DNA of 55,611 nucleotides from positions 1 to 55,611 of IMG/VR virus record IMGVR_UViG_3300035670_000261, one strand, 5' to 3'. Positions within the stretch are counted from its first letter, which is position 1; each line of letters opens with the position of its first letter. The notes under the pieces are model-generated. The model was not told the DNA's origin and ran no database searches. It worked only from the letters and a program-made list of their open reading frames with translations. The position numbers and the translations under genes were made by a program. This stretch comes from a virus. Taxonomy: Duplodnaviria > Caudoviricetes. Of the stretch, positions 27,920 through 35,161 are shown piece after piece.

Positions 27920-28554
27920 TGGTTGCCGCCTTTAATCCTATTGGCAATGAGCTTGGCCGTAACAGAAGACATATCAACTTCGGTCTTCTCCGGTAATCTT
28001 GAAGGAGCGCGCTCAACAATACGCTTGTGCTGTTCTTTGATATCATCAGGCAGGATATTCCAGAGAGACGGCCATTCTTTAAGTGCAGTAGCCAATGACT
28101 TGTGTTGCTTGAGCAAAAGACTAGCTGCATTGGCAGCGTCGTTCATCTTATTAGTCGCTACAAGAATAGCGTTATCTCTATCTTTGATAATAGTCTTGAT
28201 ACCATCAGGCAAAGCATCAAAGTCTTCGCGGCCTAGATGTAGAGTCGAATATTGGGAGATGTTATACATTGGCACATTATTAAGCCTGAACGGAAACTTA
28301 TTGCCAGCGAAATTAACGTTTATAACATAGCTACCCGGAAATGATACCTTCGCACCTTCTAAACGGCAGAAGTAATTATCTGGAAGCTGATCCATAATCG
28401 CGCGCGCTCTAGGCGGAACGAGCACATCGTAGATAGCACCGCTCCACAATTCAGGCGTTTGTTTGCAGGCCTTGTCTAGGTCTTGCTGATACAGCATTTT
28501 GATAGTGTTAACGATACGAGTAATAAGCGTTTGAGTAATTGCAACGCGAGCCAT
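27916..28554 (-). CDS. Nmad5-like protein
   Basis: C-terminal SLATALKEWPSLWNILP motif; GGAGG RBS. Confidence 0.5.
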   Translation of the reverse strand: MARVAITQTLITRIVNTIKMLYQQDLDKACKQTPELWSGAIYDVLVPPRARAIMDQLPDNYFCRLEGAKVSFPGSYVINVNFAGNKFPFRLNNVPMYNISQYSTLHLGREDFDALPDGIKTIIKDRDNAILVATNKMNDAANAASLLLKQHKSLATALKEWPSLWNILPDDIKEQHKRIVERAPSRLPEKTEVDMSSVTAKLIANRIKGGNQ

Positions 28555-28574
28555 GTGTAATCCTCCGATTAAAC

Positions 28575-29720
28575 TTACATCTTAACGACTTCGCCCCACG
28601 GGGCGTTTGTGCACAGGTTGCTAACCCACAATACGGGATAGTCAGGCTGTTGGCCAAAGTCTGCGCAATCAAGATCAGTGATGACAACGCAACAAGCCGG
28701 GTCGATTTCCCGCTTGGTTATCTCTGCAAAGACAGGTGAAAACGCAGTACCGCCACCGCCTTTAGGTTCCAGCACAACAGGCTGGTCAGTGCCAAATGTC
28801 TCGTATCCACAGACAGCGTGGTCAAAATAGATCACATGAATTTTGGTTGGCTTCATCTCCTCTTGTAGCGACTGCGCCTCCGCTTGGAAAACAGCTAGAA
28901 CCTTGTCATCGATAGAGCCAGAGCAGTCCACAGCGTAGACCATCTCACCCATAACCTCGCCATATGATGACGGCATGATGAGCGATGAGCCAGCAAAGCG
29001 ACGATTGGGCCGAGCGTATGTCCGGTTAGTCATGCCCTTAGCTCTCACAACAAACCGAGCCAGCACCTCACGCCAGTCAACCACGGGATCGAGCGCTTGC
29101 TCGACTAGCCTTGCCACGCCTTGGCTTAGCTGCCCTGCACCACGCGCCGCCGCAGCTGCATTAGCGATCTTCTCCTTAATCCGCGCTTCGATCTCGGCTT
29201 GCTTGGCCTGATCGTTAGCCGTACCGGGCGCATCTTGCATGTTATCAAGCGAGCCTTGTCCATTGCCTGAACCCGGCGCGCTTGCTTGGTCCCCTCGCTG
29301 GCATAGCAGATCATAAATCTTATCGGCCATGCCCTGACCTTGGCTAAACAAGTTAGCGTCGAGCATTCCACCAGCTATGAACTTGCCGACTTTGTCGTTT
29401 ACCAAGTGCTGGTTAATCACATAGTCGCACGCTACGTTCCACAGCCACGGGTCACGACCATTGCGCCGCAATATGTGCAGAAACGCAACGTGCATTACCT
29501 CGTGCGCCGTGAGAAATAACAGCTCATCATCGTCAAGCTCATCGACAAAACTAGGGTGGTAGGCAACTTTGAACCCATCCGTCTGCGCTGTAGGCGGATC
29601 GATTGTCTCATCGATAACGAAGTCCATATCGAGACCCAGCACGCCAATAAACGAGTGATCTAATATGAGCTTAGTCTTGACAGCGCTCACACGCCGCAAT
29701 CGTTTGTCAAAATCCGTCAT
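28575..29720 (-). CDS. DUF2201-type metallopeptidase plus VWA domain
   Basis: TAQTDG, AHEVMH, WNVACDYVIN; MIDAS-like DCSGS...GGGT...TD. Confidence 0.85.
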   Translation of the reverse strand: MTDFDKRLRRVSAVKTKLILDHSFIGVLGLDMDFVIDETIDPPTAQTDGFKVAYHPSFVDELDDDELLFLTAHEVMHVAFLHILRRNGRDPWLWNVACDYVINQHLVNDKVGKFIAGGMLDANLFSQGQGMADKIYDLLCQRGDQASAPGSGNGQGSLDNMQDAPGTANDQAKQAEIEARIKEKIANAAAAARGAGQLSQGVARLVEQALDPVVDWREVLARFVVRAKGMTNRTYARPNRRFAGSSLIMPSSYGEVMGEMVYAVDCSGSIDDKVLAVFQAEAQSLQEEMKPTKIHVIYFDHAVCGYETFGTDQPVVLEPKGGGGTAFSPVFAEITKREIDPACCVVITDLDCADFGQQPDYPVLWVSNLCTNAPWGEVVKM

Positions 29721-30571
29721 TAGAAATACCCCTGCATTTCAGCCATGATCTTAGCCGCTTCATCCGCAACCTCTTGCCGATAGTCGGGATCAAGCCGCAG
29801 GTTATCAGGGTGACAAGCCGCAATGGCTTGCTCGACACGAACGCGCATCGCTTCGAGATCAGGGTCGTCATTGAAGTTCATACGCTTAAGCAAATCGCAT
29901 TGCTCTTGTACATTCTCGATAAGCGAGTCACGGAAAATAGCCGCCGGATCGACAAGCTTCTCCTGTACTTTCTGCACCTTGTCGTGCAGCTTGCTCCAGA
30001 GGTCTTGCATTGCGATGCGAGACGCGTGTTGCACTCGCTCTTCGATGTCTTGACGAATGCCAGCGACAATGTCGTCGCCAAGCTGCACACGGAAGTCAGT
30101 AGCCGGGACCGGGAAAACCGCCAAGTCGATATAAAACTTATCCCGAATAGCCTCAGCGGGTGGGTAGTCACTGACGTTGAACATCGGACCAAGCGACGCT
30201 TGCGCTTGGCTCACAAGCTGCGGATATGCAGATACGAACGAGTCAACAAGTTGCCACCATTCCGAAGAATGCTTGCGAAACTGCGCCATGAATCCAAGAT
30301 AGTTCTTAGTAGAGAGAATGTTGGTTCCTTCAATGCCCCACGGCGAAGTGTTCTTATAGAAGTCAGCACGAATGGACGTAGTCTTGGCCTGAATGCGCTT
30401 AAGCGCATCGGTAGCAGGCAACAATGCCTTGTTGTAACGTCCGACACTAACGTCAGTGCGATAGTCAATAGCGACCTTCTCGCTCACACTGCGGTCGAAC
30501 TTGCGTCCTACCCATTGTGAAATATTGAGCTGTACTAGCAGCGCGCGATCAGATAATTTAGTTGTAGTCAT
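29720..30571 (-). CDS. Conserved helical protein (DUF3150-like)
   Basis: AAGGAG RBS; SQW.GRK.D and DYP....R.KF patterns; located between the AAA and VWA genes. Confidence 0.55.
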   Translation of the reverse strand: MTTTKLSDRALLVQLNISQWVGRKFDRSVSEKVAIDYRTDVSVGRYNKALLPATDALKRIQAKTTSIRADFYKNTSPWGIEGTNILSTKNYLGFMAQFRKHSSEWWQLVDSFVSAYPQLVSQAQASLGPMFNVSDYPPAEAIRDKFYIDLAVFPVPATDFRVQLGDDIVAGIRQDIEERVQHASRIAMQDLWSKLHDKVQKVQEKLVDPAAIFRDSLIENVQEQCDLLKRMNFNDDPDLEAMRVRVEQAIAACHPDNLRLDPDYRQEVADEAAKIMAEMQGYF

Positions 30572-30614
30572 AGCTACTCTCCTTACTCCAAAGGTTTATT
30601 GAATGCGCTTGTTC

Positions 30615-30833
30615 TTATCTTGATAGCACGGCATCGCCAGCAATGACAAGAAACGCAAAAGATACGAACGACAGCATCGTAAGTTTAAACAGGTCAAGGA
30701 TCATGCTTGGTTCGTATTGTTTGTAGTTTTTAGCAGCGAACCCGCTAAGAAACATAAGCAGAGCGCAGAGCGCAAAGGCTGCAGTTTGTAGTGCGATCAA
30801 AACTGTGATCGTGAAAATACCAGTAATACCCAT
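30615..30833 (-). CDS. Two-TM membrane protein
   Basis: Two hydrophobic segments; TAATG coupling. Confidence 0.6.
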   Translation of the reverse strand: MGITGIFTITVLIALQTAAFALCALLMFLSGFAAKNYKQYEPSMILDLFKLTMLSFVSFAFLVIAGDAVLSR

Positions 30834-31810
30834 TAGGAAAGAACTCCTTGGTTCTCAGTTGCGAACTCGATAAAAGCTTGCGTCTCACACAATGAATCGT
30901 CTCGCTTGATTGCGAGGGTCATCAGAAGCGTAGTGAATTCCAAAGGAAGACGCTTAGCGTAGCGATACACACGGTCCATGTTAGTCTTAGTCGCACGGTG
31001 CGCCAGAGCCGTTGTCACAGCATAGCGCAGCGCAGGCTCATCCGGAACGTCCATGGTATCTGGGTTAAGTAGAATAGCGTCGATGCTTGGCCGCTTTTTA
31101 TACGTCTTGATGAAGTCGGTGAACAGTATCGCCGCTTTCTCACCAATAGTGCCTTTGAAAGTTTCGAAATAGGCATCGTCAGTGATACCGCTCTTGATAA
31201 GCGTATCGACCATACCCCACGAACGAGCCGTTGGATTTACATCATTCTTGGGATCATAGGCTTGTAAGTAGTTAGGTTGAAAGCGACAGAACGCAACGAC
31301 GACAGGATCTACACCGCTTCGAAGCGCCCAAAGGCTCCAATCATCAACCGAAAAGTCATAGTCAACCATGACCATACGATTAGCGACGTGACCCAGTACA
31401 CGATTAGCCCCGGCCCTATCGACGACACGATTACTAGTAAAACAAAGCGACCAATCTTTAGGAAGCGCATGGCCATGTAACTCTCGCTCCAGCATGAGGT
31501 GTGCGGATAGTTTTTGAATGTCTGTGTTGGCTTGACCAAAGTCGTCGAAGATAATCACACCCTTGGACTCAGGGTCAGTAGGCCACCAATACGGCACGCT
31601 ATGACGAATAGCGCCGTCGACAATGGCAGGAATGCCCATGTCTTCCACAAGCATAGAGCCGCCGTGCAGCAGCACGGTGTCATACTTCATAGCGGATATG
31701 GATTGCTTCAATACGGATGTCTTGCCGCATCCCGGCGGACCCATAAGCATGAATGGCACGCGACTAGCGACCATGTTAGGGATGATCTCAAATAATTGTT
31801 TAGCTCTCAT
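30833..31810 (-). CDS. MoxR-like AAA+ ATPase (start 31810 or 31822)
   Basis: GPPGCGKT Walker A; IIFDD Walker B; TSNR sensor; ANRM arginine finger; TARSW sensor II. Confidence 0.85.
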   Translation of the reverse strand: MRAKQLFEIIPNMVASRVPFMLMGPPGCGKTSVLKQSISAMKYDTVLLHGGSMLVEDMGIPAIVDGAIRHSVPYWWPTDPESKGVIIFDDFGQANTDIQKLSAHLMLERELHGHALPKDWSLCFTSNRVVDRAGANRVLGHVANRMVMVDYDFSVDDWSLWALRSGVDPVVVAFCRFQPNYLQAYDPKNDVNPTARSWGMVDTLIKSGITDDAYFETFKGTIGEKAAILFTDFIKTYKKRPSIDAILLNPDTMDVPDEPALRYAVTTALAHRATKTNMDRVYRYAKRLPLEFTTLLMTLAIKRDDSLCETQAFIEFATENQGVLS

Positions 31811-31982
31811 TGGATTGTCCATCCTTTCTTTTGCGCGTTTTTTCCAAAGCAACGCCAATTATGGTTTGCCCTACAGCCGTAAAGAACAGGCCGATCAGGG
31901 ATAGTAATATTGCATATAACTCCCATTCTGTGTGGCTTAGTGACCACGTCCAATCGGAGTATATCAGGAGCGCTTCCACCAT
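31800..31982 (-). CDS. Small membrane protein (60 aa)
   Basis: One TM segment followed by a basic tail. Confidence 0.5.
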   Translation of the reverse strand: MVEALLIYSDWTWSLSHTEWELYAILLSLIGLFFTAVGQTIIGVALEKTRKRKDGQSNES

Positions 31983-32065
31983 GATCGCACCAGAAGTATG
32001 AGGGCTACAACGATGCTTAGTATCAGGTAAGCAAGCCCGGCCAACGTGGCGTACTCAGGTATCAT
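31964..32065 (-). CDS. 33-aa membrane peptide
   Basis: GGAGG RBS; MIPEYATLAGLAYLILSIVVALILLVRSWWKRS. Confidence 0.55.
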   Translation of the reverse strand: MIPEYATLAGLAYLILSIVVALILLVRSWWKRS

Positions 32066-32072
32066 TGGGTTT

Positions 32073-32195
32073 CTACCTCCATATTTGTGTCCACCATGCA
32101 CGGAACGCCACGACGAAAATAACTCCGCCGATAAACATTCCAGTGATAAACGCAATAATCATATCAAACGAAGGAAGCGGTACGTTTACAGTCAT
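32073..32195 (-). CDS. 40-aa membrane peptide
   Basis: GAGGAG RBS; MTVNVPLPSFDMIIAFITGMFIGGVIFVVAFRAWWTQIWR. Confidence 0.55.
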   Translation of the reverse strand: MTVNVPLPSFDMIIAFITGMFIGGVIFVVAFRAWWTQIWR

Positions 32196-32196
32196 A

Positions 32197-32559
32197 TTAC
32201 TTCTCCTCTTTATAGAGCGGCTCGCGCCGCTGACCACGGGGGGCCATAACGGCTTTAATGACGTCCTCTGTGGCATACAGAGAGCGGCTAAAGCCAGGGG
32301 CTTCCCGAACAAACGAATAGGCAGGAGCCCTTCGGTTGAACGTATTTTGCTTGTTTACAAGATCGATGGTCGCCGAAGCGCCACCACAAAGGAACACAAG
32401 CTTGGTGTAGCCTTCCTTATACAACCGATAGACATCGGTGATGTCATATTGATCGTCAGTGTGAAGGCCGCTGAAAGCGGTTCCTACCGACCAATCGTAG
32501 ATCGCATCCTGTGGTGTGTAGCCGGGACCGGCTTTAGGGGGAACCAGAACGAGTTTCAT
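32197..32559 (-). CDS. Early hypothetical protein (120 aa)
   Basis: First ORF of the long minus-strand operon. Confidence 0.6.
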   Translation of the reverse strand: MKLVLVPPKAGPGYTPQDAIYDWSVGTAFSGLHTDDQYDITDVYRLYKEGYTKLVFLCGGASATIDLVNKQNTFNRRAPAYSFVREAPGFSRSLYATEDVIKAVMAPRGQRREPLYKEEK

Positions 32560-32564
32560 GCTAG

Positions 32565-32652
32565 GCCCTTATCCAAGGGTTGAGAAAACCAGCGAGTCGT
32601 CGCCGAAGCGAGGGGCCGGTGTCGAAGGGCCGAAGCCCGACGACCCATCCAG
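32565..32652 (-). ncRNA. Candidate structured leader RNA with two cUUCGg hairpins
   Basis: GGGC-UUCG-GCCC and UCGC-UUCG-GCGA, closable by GGGUCGU/ACGACUC; CCCUU-GGAU-AAGGG next to the start codon. Confidence 0.4.
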
Positions 32653-32746
32653 CTTGACACGGCTCCGGTCGAAAGTCAAGAACCAGCGGAGCTGGTTCTT
32701 GGAGATACGTAGGCGTAATGCGTACGCGTAATGGCTCCAGGGGAGG

Positions 32747-32815
32747 GTGTAAAGGAGGGAAAGTGTAAAGCGCGGGTGTAAAGGAGGGGGAGTGTAAAGC
32801 GCGGGTGTAAAGGAG
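32747..32815. repeat. GTGTAAAG x5 (29-bp period, spacings 16/13/16/13)
   Basis: Copies at 32747, 32763, 32776, 32792, 32805. Confidence 0.9.
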
Positions 32816-32862
32816 CTTGTGGGGGGTCTTGTTAACCTTTTTTGTGGTATAGGGCTAAGAAA

Positions 32863-33541
32863 CTTGACACGGTTCGATTTTGTGTCAAGCAAAAGTAGAT
32901 AGTTTGACTAGTGAGGCGTGTCAAGATGTCAAGGATAAGCCATTGATTTTATTGGGACTATATAAAAACGCTAGTTAGTTAGGGATTTTTTTGTGAAAAG
33001 CGTTTGGGAGTTTTTCGGTTTGGGCGTTAACTATTAGGCTTTGGGGGGCTGTAGTTCGCGTTTTTGGAGAAGCGGATTCTAGTCTTAGGAGAAAAAATTT
33101 TTTGCTTAAAAGGGTATATGAGTTATTTTTGGATTTTGGGCCTATTTTATCTAGTACTAGTACTAGACACTCAATATAATATAATAAAATTCCCAGTATT
33201 TTCAAGGCTTCTGGACTTTTGCTTGACACTGGTCCGTGTAAAGGAATGCTAGTTAAAACCCGCTTTTCGTGTCAAGGAGAAAAGTAGATAGTTGACACGA
33301 TTTGGCGTTTTTTTGACTAGTTGACACGATTTTTGACTAGTTATTTCGTGGTTGACACGCTATATTATGGCAGAAATAAGGCAAGATCGCTAGAAATAAG
33401 GCAGCTTTGCCACAATTTTCGTGTCAAGATGTCAAGCTGTCAAGCAGCATTGTGTCAAGATGTCAAGCAATTAGGTCCGCATCGCGAGTCGATAAATGTC
33501 AAGCAGCATTGTGTCAAGGTGTCAAGCAATAGTGTGTCAAG
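32863..33541. repeat. Dispersed and tandem TGTCAAG / TTGACAC array around an AT-rich core; candidate origin or regulatory region
   Basis: 13 TGTCAAG and 5 TTGACAC copies in this span; nine TGTCAAG copies in 33422-33541. Confidence 0.85.
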
Positions 33542-33667
33542 CTATGACCATTAAGGGCCTAGCATTAGCGCGCACGATAAGCCTGGACCCCCCGACCAAT
33601 GGTTTTTACTCTACCCTAGAAACGCGCGCAGCTTGGACCATACGCTTGACGCGCGCGGTGCTGCGCA

Positions 33668-33696
33668 AATAAAAAGGCGGGGCCGAAACCCCGCCT
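33668..33696 (-). terminator. Rho-independent terminator
   Basis: AGGCGGGG-TTTCGG-CCCCGCCT followed by TTTTATT. Confidence 0.8.
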
Positions 33697-33703
33697 AGTA
33701 CCT

Positions 33704-33889
33704 TTACATTGGACAATTATCCCGCTCTTTCGCGACGCGGCGATCATCTCTCCATTCTTCAAAAAAGCTAATCGCTTCTTGGATGGATGACGTTATGCCC
33801 CACCACGCTATACCGAACACGATAAGGAGCATGAAAGCGCCGAACACGATGTCGCCAAGCGAGACGATATATTGAGTAGAGAAGTCCAT
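33704..33889 (-). CDS. Early membrane protein (61 aa)
   Basis: GGAG RBS; one TM segment. Confidence 0.6.
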   Translation of the reverse strand: MDFSTQYIVSLGDIVFGAFMLLIVFGIAWWGITSSIQEAISFFEEWRDDRRVAKERDNCPM

Positions 33890-33900
33890 GAAACACTCCG

Positions 33901-33927
33901 AAAAAGTGAGGGGGCCTTCGCCCCCTC
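33901..33927 (-). terminator. Rho-independent terminator (imperfect U-tract)
   Basis: GAGGGGGC-GAAG-GCCCCCTC followed by ACTTTTT. Confidence 0.65.
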
Positions 33928-33935
33928 TAAGTTTG

Positions 33936-34334
33936 TTACTCGCCGATTGTTTCCAGCTTCGCGGCTTGTGCTTGCTGGCGTTCCGCTGAGCCTGTGGCCA
34001 GCGTGATACCAATCTCACACTTGGGATTATCCGGGCTTCTAAGGGTGGCATTCATTCGAGCGCCAAGACCTGCTTCAAGCAAGTCATAGAAAGCTTGCTT
34101 ATGAACCCGATCAACTTCTTGCTGCGCCTCCCACCAAGTCCGGTAAGCGGCTTGCGCCTTGGGACCAAGTTGCGCCAGCGGGATGCTGGCGAACCATGCT
34201 TCGCGATTTTTGCTGAAAGTCCACTTTAGCGCAACCTTTAGCATGGCCCCTTGCGGGTGACGCTTAGGATCGCCAGCCGGTTGGGCTTGGGCGGGGGTAG
34301 CGGCACGCGCCGAAACAAAGCGTTGCTTTTGCAT
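33936..34334 (-). CDS. First early protein (132 aa), hypothetical
   Basis: GGAG 6 nt before ATG at 34334; preceded by a promoter and followed by a terminator. Confidence 0.7.
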   Translation of the reverse strand: MQKQRFVSARAATPAQAQPAGDPKRHPQGAMLKVALKWTFSKNREAWFASIPLAQLGPKAQAAYRTWWEAQQEVDRVHKQAFYDLLEAGLGARMNATLRSPDNPKCEIGITLATGSAERQQAQAAKLETIGE

Positions 34335-34420
34335 GAGATTCTCCAATCTCTATTCAGACCTCGGCGTCCCGGTTTGTGAAGGAACAACGGTTTCCCGTAT
34401 CGCCCGTCAGCGACACACAC

Positions 34421-34448
34421 AACATAGCGACATTGACGGGAATGTAAA
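34421..34448 (-). promoter_or_regulatory. Sigma70-like early promoter
   Basis: TTTACA-N16-TATGTT. Confidence 0.6.
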
Positions 34449-34676
34449 GCGTCCAAAAGATAAATCGCCATATCTTTAGATACGCAATTCCGCATTTATG
34501 TAATGTAGAATACAGTACGAATGTAGCGTAGTGTACGCTACATAAGCCTGGGCCTGGGGGGGCCTCCCCCCCACATGACCACGAAGCCGACACCGCCCCC
34601 CGTGATATCTAAACCCCACATAACACAGCCCCAAAAAACCAAAGTTAACAAAAATTAATAATCCGCACCTAAAAAT

Positions 34677-34705
34677 TTGACACGGCGGCAAACCAAACCT
34701 ATACG
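34677..34705 (+). promoter_or_regulatory. Sigma70-like promoter for terS, probably leaderless
   Basis: TTGACA-N17-TATACG, ATG 7 nt downstream, no SD sequence. Confidence 0.55.
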
Positions 34706-34711
34706 TATACA

Positions 34712-35161
34712 ATGCGCGGAATTAGCAAGCTGACAAAGTGGAACGACCGCCTGGCTTTTGACGTGGCTCTCATGTTGGAAGGCAGTGGCGAACCCATCGC
34801 CGAAGTTCTCAAAGCGCACAACGCATCTCAGCAAGACTTCTTGGAATACTCCAAAGACCCAGTATTCCAAAATAAAGTGTCGTCCTACCGAGACGAGATC
34901 AAGAACAAAGGCCTTACGTTTAAACTAAAGGCACGCGCTCAAGCCGAAGAACTACTGGCTACTTCCTGGTCTCTTATTCATTCTATTGATGTCTCGCCCG
35001 CTGTTAAGGCTGATCTTATAAAGTCTACAGTAAAGTGGGCTGGCCTGGAGCCAAAGGGCGACGACAATACTGGGCCTACTGGCGGCGTTTCTATCACGAT
35101 CAATCTTGGCGAAGCAGGCTCCGTGCCTATGAAACTGATCGACCATGAGTCTGATAATTGA
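34712..35161 (+). CDS. terS: Terminase small subunit
   Basis: Directly upstream of and overlapping terL; helical, with a GVSITINLG C-terminal strand. Confidence 0.7.
   Translation: MRGISKLTKWNDRLAFDVALMLEGSGEPIAEVLKAHNASQQDFLEYSKDPVFQNKVSSYRDEIKNKGLTFKLKARAQAEELLATSWSLIHSIDVSPAVKADLIKSTVKWAGLEPKGDDNTGPTGGVSITINLGEAGSVPMKLIDHESDN

Noticed and set aside
29774-30520. 248-aa antisense ORF (and similar ones at 42793..43458, 35526..36299 and 3065..3775)
   Set aside because: These are shadow ORFs opposite well-supported genes, with no RBS or recognisable motifs.
33421-33545. CRISPR mini-array
   Set aside because: The repeats are only 7-8 bp with irregular short gaps; there is no repeat-spacer periodicity. 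The Cas4-like gene is an ordinary replication-module nuclease.
32569-33554. ORFs 32569..32892, 32975..33229, 33064..33252 and 33321..33554
   Set aside because: They run through repeat and AT-rich sequence, lack an RBS and have repeat-derived composition; probably non-coding.
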